Origin: an uncultured virus (IMG/VR IMGVR_UViG_3300048836_000122)
Lineage: Duplodnaviria; Heunggongvirae; Uroviricota; Caudoviricetes
Length of the DNA stretch: 64,000 nucleotides
IMG/VR virus record: IMGVR_UViG_3300048836_000122
Strand: one strand, 5' to 3'
Of the stretch, positions 49,199-57,738 are shown in pieces. The first letter of the stretch is position 1, and each line of letters begins with the position of its first letter. The notes under the pieces are model-generated. The model was not told the origin of the DNA and made no database searches. It saw nothing but the letters and a program-made list of their open reading frames with translations. A program made the translations under genes and the position numbers.

Positions 49199-50628
49199 TG
49201 ATCACAATTAATGACGACAAGAAGGAGGTTTATGCCGGTATTCAGAAGAATGCAGACATAGTAGGAAGCACGATGGGCCCTTATGGGCGAAACGTGACAG
49301 TTGACTTAGGGCATGGGATGGCAACGTTTAAGGACGGAGTAGGTGTCTCCAAGTTAATGAAGTTTGCAAATCCCTGGGAGCGGATAGGTTCTCATATAGT
49401 AACCACGGCATGTAGGCGGACAGTCGAGTTGGCAGGAGACGGAACAACAGCCACGGCGGTACTTGTGAGAGAGCTGTGTAAAGAGTATCGGAATGAAGCT
49501 GAATTGCGAGACGAGATCGACATGATTTGTGAGCGAATCCGAGAATTAGCTATACCGATAGTACGGGATGGATTTATTGACCGGGGAATGCTTTATGATA
49601 TAGCGATGATCAGTTCAAACGGACGAGCGGATATATCTAAGTTGATCACGGATGTGCGGATGAAGATTGGAGTGTATGGCCAGATAAAGGTGGAGCATGG
49701 CGACAAGCTCGAGAGTGAAATCTTGAGCGGGTATGCATATCGGGGAAATGTGCTGGCGCATCAGTTTTTCAATGGAGCGAATAAGTTGGAGTTGGAAAAT
49801 TGCAGAGTAGTTTTGGTGAATGAAGAAATCCAGAAGATTGAGAAACTGAAGGAGGTACTTGGTAAGAACGCTGCTCGAGTATCTAAGGGGTCCACAGAAC
49901 CGCTGGTAATAGTATGTGGAGCAACAGGAGGAGCGTTGAGTACACTTGCGGGGAACATTCAGCGGTTTAAAAATGGTGAAAAAGTTCCGGAAATCTACTT
50001 GGTAAGTTTACCGGAGTTTGGGGAAGAGCGGCATGAAATGATGGACGACATGGCAGCAATTTACGGCACCCGGGTGTTCAATCACATGCGAGGCATGGAG
50101 TTAAAGACATTCGTAGATGCGGATTTCGGGTCTGGACGGCTGAGTGTAAAGAACGGAATGGTCTTTTGCTTCTCAGATCGAAATATCGATTCCCATATCG
50201 AATTCGTGAAAGAGCAAGGCCGGGCAAAGCGGTTGGCACTTCTGACCGGTGGGATAGGCATTATTCGAATTGGAGGTGAAACCGAGTTGGAGTCCACGAA
50301 CAATCAAGAAATCATTGACGATACAGTTCGAGCCGTAGGAAGCGCAATGGAATCGGGAGTAGTACCTGGCGGCGGCCGGTGTTTGGAATCACTTGGTATA
50401 AAATGGCTGCGAGGTCCGAAGGAACAGATATGGAAAAATGCTGATAAAAAATGCCCGGTAGAAAAATGCTCTCCATGGCGAGGGCGGGTAATAGGCGGTG
50501 AAGAAGTGGACTTGTTAAAGGAAGGGATCATAGATCCAGCGAAAGTAGTAATCAGTAGTGTTCGCAGTGCAGGCAGCGCAGCAATACAATTCATGACGAC
50601 AAAATATTTTTTGAAATATGACGCCTAA
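49198..50628 (+). CDS. groEL: phage chaperonin, GroEL-like (divergent, 476 aa)
   Basis: STMGPYGRNV, TFKDGVGV, AGDGTT, GVVPGGG, GIIDPAKV. Confidence 0.9.
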   Translation: MITINDDKKEVYAGIQKNADIVGSTMGPYGRNVTVDLGHGMATFKDGVGVSKLMKFANPWERIGSHIVTTACRRTVELAGDGTTATAVLVRELCKEYRNEAELRDEIDMICERIRELAIPIVRDGFIDRGMLYDIAMISSNGRADISKLITDVRMKIGVYGQIKVEHGDKLESEILSGYAYRGNVLAHQFFNGANKLELENCRVVLVNEEIQKIEKLKEVLGKNAARVSKGSTEPLVIVCGATGGALSTLAGNIQRFKNGEKVPEIYLVSLPEFGEERHEMMDDMAAIYGTRVFNHMRGMELKTFVDADFGSGRLSVKNGMVFCFSDRNIDSHIEFVKEQGRAKRLALLTGGIGIIRIGGETELESTNNQEIIDDTVRAVGSAMESGVVPGGGRCLESLGIKWLRGPKEQIWKNADKKCPVEKCSPWRGRVIGGEEVDLLKEGIIDPAKVVISSVRSAGSAAIQFMTTKYFLKYDA

Positions 50629-50881
50629 TAAAGGAATGGTACTCGTAGAAGTACTTGAACAAGACTCCTACAACCCGGAAACGGGTATCACAGAGTCCTA
50701 TACGTCCGAAGTAAGCCCGACAGCTATAATAATGGCTATTGGAGAACCGGACATGATGGGCGAGTGTGTTGGAAAGATCGGCCAGAAGGTACATGTACCT
50801 ACAAGCGGAGCCGACCAGCTTACGATTGAAGGAAAATTATGTGCGGTAGTACATCACAGTAAAATTCGTTTATTCTTTTAA
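50618..50881 (+). CDS. groES: co-chaperonin GroES-like
   Basis: P....VLVE, IMAIG, KIGQKV, IEGK pattern; adjacent to groEL. Confidence 0.65.
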   Translation: MTPNKGMVLVEVLEQDSYNPETGITESYTSEVSPTAIIMAIGEPDMMGECVGKIGQKVHVPTSGADQLTIEGKLCAVVHHSKIRLFF

Positions 50882-51133
50882 AATCATTACTCATGGAAAA
50901 AAAATTGAAAGCAGCCGGATTTGTCCGGCATGGATCAGGTTTCCGCAAAGGAGACACGGAAGTTGTTATTTCAGACGGCAGACTGTATCGAAAGGTAGCG
51001 GATGCGAAATCTCGAAAAGGCTACCGATTGGAGTTGTTTGAGTTACCCGGCGAGGAATAATTCGTAGTCAACGCAGATGGTGGGGGTAGCGAGGGGCTGC
51101 CCCCAATTTAAAAAATCAGGAAAACAATTTAAT

Positions 51134-51334
51134 ATGGATGCTTTTTTAGAAAGGTTGATTAACGAAGAGAAAGAACTCGGTGAAAAAATCACTGGTTTAA
51201 CTAAGGCTCTTCACAGTGACGGATTTAGTCAAAAGGTTGGAGATTATCAATTTTCGCTTTTGTCTTTGCAACACAGCACAATGATTGCGTACCGTCAAGT
51301 TTTGATTATGAGAATAGCTGACCTCAAAATTTAA
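51134..51334 (+). CDS. crAss001 gp48-like helical protein
   Basis: FLERL..E..EL..KI..L...LL..Q...M..Y..VL..RI pattern. Confidence 0.55.
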   Translation: MDAFLERLINEEKELGEKITGLTKALHSDGFSQKVGDYQFSLLSLQHSTMIAYRQVLIMRIADLKI

Positions 51335-51810
51335 TACGAAGCAATGAATATAGCTGTTATAGGTAGTATTTTGAGGTGGGGTTTCAGAATAATAAACTGG
51401 AATCACTTTAGAATAAAAGCCCATAATGGCAAACCGAGAATAAAGCGGATAATCAAATTGAAAGGATTTAGAACAGCGTTGATTGAAGAATATAACGGTA
51501 ATAGATGTACTTCACGATTTTACTGGCGTGTCGGCATTTGGTTAGGTGCTGTTATGTGCCGTTTATTTCATCCGATTGAAACGCTTGAAAACTGTTCATT
51601 TGTGGATAGTGTATCAGGTAAATCAGTAGGTAAATTTCGGTGCAAAAAATGTAATGCAGAATGCTAATGGTAAAAGAGATATTTTTAGGTGCTACGTTTA
51701 AATGGCACATAACGTATAGGTATATGGTTTGTGCCTTTTGAAAAACAAACCTTTGAATTATTAACCGACCCTTTTTCTTTTATTTTTTGAGCGAGGGCAA
51801 AAAACAAATT

Positions 51811-52164
51811 ATGAAACTAAAAACACGAATTAAACGAGCATTAGCAGGTTTTTTAAGAGAGGAATTACTGGAATATATTGGGTATAATCACCGAATACCT
51901 TATATGGGTTTGAATGACCGATTTAATGTTCAAAACCTGCCATTTGAAACTATGGTAATGGAAGTTGAAATACCTATTGAAATGGATAGTAGAATGGGGT
52001 ATGAAGACCCTACAAGACTTGAAAAGCATATTGAAGATTGTAAACGCAGATTTGCTGAACAGGTAATGGAACACATTCACGTTGATGCTCAAAACCTGAC
52101 GACAAGAGAGCATTTTATGAGACGAAGTGTTCGTTTTGTTTTACGTGTGCAGGGGAAAAAATAA
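51811..52164 (+). CDS. hypothetical protein nested in the loop of an attC-like hairpin
   Basis: ATG 51811; flanked by a perfect 18-bp inverted repeat at 51771 and 52156. Confidence 0.65.
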   Translation: MKLKTRIKRALAGFLREELLEYIGYNHRIPYMGLNDRFNVQNLPFETMVMEVEIPIEMDSRMGYEDPTRLEKHIEDCKRRFAEQVMEHIHVDAQNLTTREHFMRRSVRFVLRVQGKK

Positions 52165-52318
52165 AAGAAAAAGATTGAAAGCACGAAACTTTGATACAGC
52201 ACGGACTTTAGGCATAAACTATATACCGTGTTGTAGCATCGTTTTAATGTGCTACAACGGTAGGTAGCTAACCGAAGGCGGTGATTTAAAAACAGAAATA
52301 ATTAAATAACACAGAAGT

Positions 52319-52531
52319 ATGAATACAGAAGAAACTTTCAAAGAAAAACGACACCACCGCTTTTGGTTAGGTGCTGTTATGTGCCGTTTATTTCATCCGA
52401 TTGAAACGCTTGAAAACTGTTCATTTGTGGATAGTGTATCAGGTGAATCAGTTGGTAAATTTCGGTGCAAAAAGTGCAATGCAGAATACCTTGCTAATAG
52501 TAAAAGAGATATGTTTAGGTGCTACGTTTAA
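52319..52531 (+). CDS. cassette protein with Zn-ribbon (a degenerate duplicate lies at 51551-51713)
   Basis: CRLFH...CKKC; near-identical DNA at about 51537-51715 with a small frameshifting deletion. Confidence 0.6.
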   Translation: MNTEETFKEKRHHRFWLGAVMCRLFHPIETLENCSFVDSVSGESVGKFRCKKCNAEYLANSKRDMFRCYV

Positions 52532-52801
52532 ATGGCACATAACGTTGAGTGTAACCGCAGTAGGCACACTTGACAAACCCCGACAATAGGCACAGGCAGC
52601 GTTTGTAAAATGATGAACGAACAAATTTTAGAACGATTAAGAAAGGAATTTGCCTTTGTTGGTGATGAAAAAATATCAGGACATACGGCAATGAAGTTTC
52701 GGAGAAAGCCCGAAGGGATTTCTCCGAAACGGCATCTGGCTTGGCGATGCTGCCGAACACAAATGTTAATTAGAATTACAAAACTTTAAATTATAGATAA
52801 A

Positions 52802-53122
52802 ATGTCAAACGAAGAACAAAACGGCAATATTGCCAAACCCGTGTTATGCGATGATTTGCGTGGGCTTATTAAAGGCTCGTTTGGAATAGCAATGAACGCC
52901 AATGATTTTTTTAATTATGCGTGTGCTGATATGGTATTGATAGATTCACAAGATTTGGAATGGGTGCTTCCTATTTACAAAAAGTATAGTTGGAAAGGTG
53001 TAGATGCTTGTATGGCTTTTATAGCAAAGCAAATGCCGATAAAACCACACATTACAAAAGAGTTTGAAGAAGCGTATGCAGAAATTGAAAAAATCAACCC
53101 TAAAGTTTATTCGGAGTATTGA
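52802..53122 (+). CDS. cassette hypothetical protein
   Basis: Starts in the hairpin loop and reads through GTTATGCGA at 52843. Confidence 0.65.
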   Translation: MSNEEQNGNIAKPVLCDDLRGLIKGSFGIAMNANDFFNYACADMVLIDSQDLEWVLPIYKKYSWKGVDACMAFIAKQMPIKPHITKEFEEAYAEIEKINPKVYSEY

Positions 53123-53252
53123 GCGTGATAAGCAAATTTTCGCATAACGTTGAGTATATGGTGCGTAGCCGACACCTTAAACCTGGCTATTTAACACAAA
53201 TGTTTAATCGGCTATGCACTATATACAGTGTTAGCCATAGTACGGTATAATT

Positions 53253-53840
53253 ATGAAAATATTAGTTGCGTGTGAAGAATCACAAACAGTATGTAAAGCA
53301 TTAAGGGCAAAAGGTCACGAAGCTTATTCTTGTGATATAATTGAATGTTCTGGTGGCAAACCCGAATGGCACATCCAAGATGATGCTATAAAAGTGGCTT
53401 ATGACAAAAGTTACAATTGGGATATGATGATAGCACACCCACCGTGTACTCACTTGGCTGTAAGTGGTGCGAGATGGTTTAAAGAAGGTGTAAAGCCAAT
53501 CTCATTACAAATTGAAGCCGCAGAGTTTTTTATGAAATTGGTTAATGCTCCAATTGAAAAAATTGCAGTTGAAAATCCAATATGTGTAATGAGCACGAAA
53601 TACAGGAAGCCCGACCAAATTATTAACCCTTTTCAATTTGGGCATCCTGAGCAAAAGAAAACTTGTTTGTGGTTAAAGAATTTACCAAAACTAAAGGAAA
53701 CAAATAATGTTTATGATTACATGATGACCTTGCCTATTAAAGAGCGAACAAGAATACATTGGTTAGGTAGTGGTAAAAGTAAAGAGCGTTCAGTAACTTA
53801 CCAGGGGATTGCTGATGCTATTGCGGAACAATGGACGTAG
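53253..53840 (+). CDS. cassette-borne C5 DNA methyltransferase-like protein
   Basis: ILVACEES, SCDI, AHPPCT (catalytic PC), VENP, QFGH..KKTCLW. Confidence 0.75.
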   Translation: MKILVACEESQTVCKALRAKGHEAYSCDIIECSGGKPEWHIQDDAIKVAYDKSYNWDMMIAHPPCTHLAVSGARWFKEGVKPISLQIEAAEFFMKLVNAPIEKIAVENPICVMSTKYRKPDQIINPFQFGHPEQKKTCLWLKNLPKLKETNNVYDYMMTLPIKERTRIHWLGSGKSKERSVTYQGIADAIAEQWT

Positions 53841-54005
53841 TATTATGGCTAACGTTTCGCATATTGCCGAAGGTGGCAATTTCGGAGCAGAAAACTTGAA
53901 ACTTAAATAAATGTTTAACCGAAGCAAAAATGTTCACTTAACCACAGACCTGCCACTTTTGGCAATATGCTGTTATGTGCCGTTTTTCTTCACAAATTAA
54001 TAAAT

Positions 54006-54263
54006 ATGAACTGGAAAAGATACCGTTTAAAAACTTATGCTGTTAGCGACAACAGACCGTTAATCTTCAATCCTAAATATCCTTGGTGGTGTTCAGGTTA
54101 TGGTGAAGATGAAAAAGGCGAATACTCTGTAATAATTGCGTATTTACCAAAGGATGAAGATTTATTAAAGTATTGGGATGATGCTTTTGATGTGGAATTT
54201 ACAGAAGAAGAAAGCATAAGTTTTTCTGATAGATTTCCGAAACCGAGTTACTTCGTGTCTTAA
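54006..54263 (+). CDS. cassette hypothetical protein
   Basis: YPWWCSGY..YW..F.DRFPKP; stop lies just before GGCACATAAC. Confidence 0.65.
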   Translation: MNWKRYRLKTYAVSDNRPLIFNPKYPWWCSGYGEDEKGEYSVIIAYLPKDEDLLKYWDDAFDVEFTEEESISFSDRFPKPSYFVS

Positions 54264-54464
54264 AATGGCACATAACGTTTTGCGGCTTGGCGAAGGCTGC
54301 CTAACGATATTTTTAATATTCGCACGAATTTCATGGCAGCTTTTGCCAAACCGCTGTTATGTGCTTCAAGAATACAAGCAATGGTTAATTGATAAACGTC
54401 TGGTTAAGGAGGTTCAGTAGCCTTGCAGGTAACGTTTAGTATAAAAAACAATAAACTTTCGGAT

Positions 54465-54740
54465 ATGACAAACGATAATAAAAAACAAAAACTTTCGGAC
54501 AGCACGGACACCGCTATTGACGGTTATACATTGTTACCTGCCGTTTTTTGTCACAGGATTAGAGCAGGAAAGTATTATGTCAAAATTGGCGAACACGAAT
54601 ACGAAATTTACAATCACGGGTATTATCCACCTGATAAATGTATTTGGTGGGAAGCGACAAACTTGAAAACGAATGAAGCTGATTTTCACGAACACACCAA
54701 ATTTCAACTATTAGAAACTATGAAACGTGAACTGTCTTAA
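54465..54740 (+). CDS. cassette hypothetical protein
   Basis: ATG in the spacer, reads through GTTACCTGCC; stop just before GGCAGGTAAC. Confidence 0.6.
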   Translation: MTNDNKKQKLSDSTDTAIDGYTLLPAVFCHRIRAGKYYVKIGEHEYEIYNHGYYPPDKCIWWEATNLKTNEADFHEHTKFQLLETMKRELS

Positions 54741-54894
54741 AATGGCAGGTAACGGCTGACGCTATACGAAGGCAGGGGTTAAGATGCACTCCCTTTCAGC
54801 CTTGCATAAATGATAAAAGATGCACACCGCTCACTTTAGCAGTACGCCCCTGCTTTTGTATAGCGTATGTTATAGGGCGTTTTATTTTAATTGT

Positions 54895-55116
54895 ATGGAA
54901 TTTTACGGAAGTATCAGAATAAAAAAAGCTGCCACTTTACAAAGTTGGATTGATAAGGGATGGTATCAAAAAGAGATTGATAAGGGATATACATTTGCAC
55001 CTGCTTGTGGTAGATTTCGTATTGGCAAGTGCGAATGTTCAAGATGTCAAAGACCTAACGGTGGATGGGAGAAGAAAGCTGTTTTGGAGCGTAACGGTCT
55101 TTTAAATGCCCTATAA
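54895..55116 (+). CDS. cassette hypothetical Cys-rich protein
   Basis: CECSRC; the TAA stop lies inside GCCCTATAAC. Confidence 0.6.
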   Translation: MEFYGSIRIKKAATLQSWIDKGWYQKEIDKGYTFAPACGRFRIGKCECSRCQRPNGGWEKKAVLERNGLLNAL

Positions 55117-55168
55117 CTCCTATATGTATCAAACCCTCACAATTTATTATAAACCAAACAATTGCATT

Positions 55169-55393
55169 ATGAATATCGGAAAGTATGTACAACAGTATTC
55201 CGAAGACCTTCGGCTCAAGAATTACGCTGAGAATACCATCAGGAATTATGCCGCGCAGGTGGATTCCTTTCTTAGACATTTCCAGTCGGTGGCTACCAAA
55301 CCCAGCGAAATATCTGAGCGACAGATCAAAGCATGGTTGGCTAAGACAATTAATACGCGTAAACATCGCTTATCAGTATTGGAAAGGTGTTAA
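55169..55393 (+). pseudogene. truncated tyrosine integrase (N-terminal SAM-like domain only)
   Basis: EDLRLKNYAENTIRNYAAQVDSFLRHF..PSEISERQIKAWL matches integron-type/Xer-like integrase N-termini; stops after 74 aa with no catalytic residues. Confidence 0.75.
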
Positions 55394-55456
55394 AGATGCG
55401 ATTTCGTCTTTTTAGCATTTCCGATAACTTTCTAAACAGTTCAAAAAATTGAACCA

Positions 55457-55864
55457 ATGAAAGCAATACTAATTAGTATAATTTTCCTACCAATACTCGG
55501 ATATGGACAGATGATGGACGATTTTAGACGTTACATCCGGGCAGATACGGTGAAGTTTGACACTATAAGGTATTTAGAGGATATGGTTCGAGAGTCATGG
55601 TGTGATTCATCAGCAGATATAAGATATGATTTAGAGGATTTGATTATTATTGACAAGTGCGAAATAAGAGGCCATGTATGGACACCCCACTATGTTACTG
55701 ACTTAGTGTATTATCCAAACGAGGCAAGACTGGTTGATTCCGATAGCATGACAGTAATGATTTACCCTGCAAAATACTCGTTTGAGAAGTGTGTGAGGTG
55801 TGGGGAAATCAAAAAAACGAAGGAAAGTGATGAAATTCACAAATTACTTTGGAGGAAAAAGTAG
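55457..55864 (+). CDS. secreted hypothetical protein
   Basis: MKAILISIIFLPILGYG|Q signal; C..GH.W and CVRCG. Confidence 0.55.
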   Translation: MKAILISIIFLPILGYGQMMDDFRRYIRADTVKFDTIRYLEDMVRESWCDSSADIRYDLEDLIIIDKCEIRGHVWTPHYVTDLVYYPNEARLVDSDSMTVMIYPAKYSFEKCVRCGEIKKTKESDEIHKLLWRKK

Positions 55865-55914
55865 TATCTTTGAGTACGCAACCATAACGAGTTTAGAATA
55901 GGAAAATAAGAAGC

Positions 55915-57111
55915 ATGATTAAGTCACACGTCATAAAACTACACCCCACAAAGGGGCAGGAGGCTTTCTTCCGAAAGTCCTCTGGCGTGTCACGTTTTGC
56001 CTACAACTGGGCTTTACAGCGATGGAAAGAGATTTACGAAGAAACAGGAAAGGGTACATCGGCTTATAGCCTGATTAAGGAGTTGAATAGTATAAAGCGA
56101 GAGGAGTTTCCATGGATGATGGAGGTTGGGAAGTGTGCGCCACAATATGCAATTCATAACTTGGAAAGTGCATTTAAGCGATTCTTCAAGAAAAACGCCA
56201 AGTACCCTGTATTCAAGAAGAAGGGTCGGAAAGATTCTTTTGTGGCGGTTGAGAATAAAGAGCAATTCAAGCAGTCTGGACTAAAATTATGGATACCAAG
56301 ATTGGGATGGGTGAGATGTGCGGAGGAGTTACGATTTAATGGGAAGGTAAATAACATGACGGTGAAGCGCATAGCAAATATGTGGTTTGCCGTGGTAAAC
56401 GTAGATACCCAGGTACAACCTACAGTATGTGAGAACCAAACTGTTGTAGGCGTGGACTTGGGTATTAAATATATGGCTGTGTGTAGCGATGGACGAGTAT
56501 TCGAGAACCCCAAATCTCTTTCTAAGAGATTAGAGGCGTTGCGGACAGCGCAGCGAAAGTTGAGCCGGAAGCAGAAAGGTTCCTCCAATTGGAAAAAGCA
56601 GGTAGCACGAGTTGGCAGGATTCACTACAAAGTGACTTGCGCTCGAAAGAATGCAATACACCAAGCAACGTCAGAGATAGTAAAATCGGCAGGCGTAATC
56701 GTATTGGAGGACTTAAATGTTAAGGGAATGGCCCGAAACAAAAAGTTGGCCAGAGCGGTTAGCGATGCAGGGATGGGTGAATTTCGCAGACAGATCGAGT
56801 ACAAAGCATCATGGGCCGGAGTAGAGGTAGTAATTGTAGATCGGTGGTTTCCATCATCTCAATTAGACCACAAGACCGGAGAGCGACACAGCATCACACT
56901 AAAAGACCGAATGATATATCATTCGGATGGAACAAGTACATGCCGGGACTTAAATGCGGCAATGAACTTAAAGAACTACTATACCGGGAAAGTCTCGGGA
57001 ATAAACGCCTCCGGAGTTGATGTAAGACCTGTTTTACAGGCAAGCGACGATGAACGAGGAATTGGATTTGTTAACAATAAAATCTTAAAACTTTGGCTAA
57101 GATCATCTTAA
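55915..57111 (+). CDS. tnpB: TnpB-family RNA-guided endonuclease, Zn finger degenerate
   Basis: SRFAYNWAL; RuvC motifs GVDLG, VLEDL and RDLNAA; CxxC pairs absent. Confidence 0.9.
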   Translation: MIKSHVIKLHPTKGQEAFFRKSSGVSRFAYNWALQRWKEIYEETGKGTSAYSLIKELNSIKREEFPWMMEVGKCAPQYAIHNLESAFKRFFKKNAKYPVFKKKGRKDSFVAVENKEQFKQSGLKLWIPRLGWVRCAEELRFNGKVNNMTVKRIANMWFAVVNVDTQVQPTVCENQTVVGVDLGIKYMAVCSDGRVFENPKSLSKRLEALRTAQRKLSRKQKGSSNWKKQVARVGRIHYKVTCARKNAIHQATSEIVKSAGVIVLEDLNVKGMARNKKLARAVSDAGMGEFRRQIEYKASWAGVEVVIVDRWFPSSQLDHKTGERHSITLKDRMIYHSDGTSTCRDLNAAMNLKNYYTGKVSGINASGVDVRPVLQASDDERGIGFVNNKILKLWLRSS

Positions 57112-57695
57112 ACGCAGGTCACGGAGGGATTACTTTAAAGAAAGGCTATGTAACGCCTGGGAAAAGAGGCCCACTTGGACACCGAGGACAAATCTTTGAA
57201 GGCATGAGCAACCGAGGCTTAGTACATGAGCTGGCGTATTTTCTTTCCTTAAAAGGCCATACAGTAGAAGTAATAAGTCACAGCACTCTTGATACATCAG
57301 TTGGATCAAGAGGTCGCTATGCCCAAGAAATCAAAGGAGACTTACTGTTGGACTTTCACTCGAATGCCATATCAGATGTAGAGTTCAGAGACTATACAGG
57401 CTTTGAACTATGGACAACCGAAGGAGAAACGCCAAGTGATCACTTTGCAAAGCACATAGCCAAGGGATTAAAATCATCCTATCCTCATGTAAGATGGCGG
57501 CATGGTCCGGGGATGGAGGACGACAAGGAAAAGAACTTTTCGTTAATTTACATGGCCGAAAAAGTCGGCACGAAAGCCGTCTTAGTAGAAACCTTGTTTA
57601 TGGACGGAGTTCAGGACTACAATTATTTGACGGACGCTATGTGGAGGGCGAAGTATGTAGAGAATTTTTGCAACATAATTCACAAATACCAATGA
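57093..57695 (+). CDS. N-acetylmuramoyl-L-alanine amidase (Amidase_3 endolysin)
   Basis: LNAGHGG, E, FHSNA, GFELW, VLVETLFMD. Confidence 0.85.
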   Translation: MAKIILNAGHGGITLKKGYVTPGKRGPLGHRGQIFEGMSNRGLVHELAYFLSLKGHTVEVISHSTLDTSVGSRGRYAQEIKGDLLLDFHSNAISDVEFRDYTGFELWTTEGETPSDHFAKHIAKGLKSSYPHVRWRHGPGMEDDKEKNFSLIYMAEKVGTKAVLVETLFMDGVQDYNYLTDAMWRAKYVENFCNIIHKYQ

Positions 57696-57738
57696 AAACA
57701 CTAATCCTATTCGTCCAAGCATCTGCAAAGCGAGTGAA

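Larger units (their letters stand above)
51537..55140. mobile_element. integron-like gene-cassette array with attC-like hairpins and an attI-like end
   Basis: About nine GTT...AAC-bounded segments, most with self-complementary ends, alternating with imperfect inverted-repeat spacers; abuts an integrase N-terminal fragment. Confidence 0.8.

Noticed and set aside
51537..55117. Possible CRISPR array
   Set aside because: The repeats are inverted and sequence-variable, and they are separated by genes of variable length rather than identical direct repeats with uniform spacers; no cas genes.
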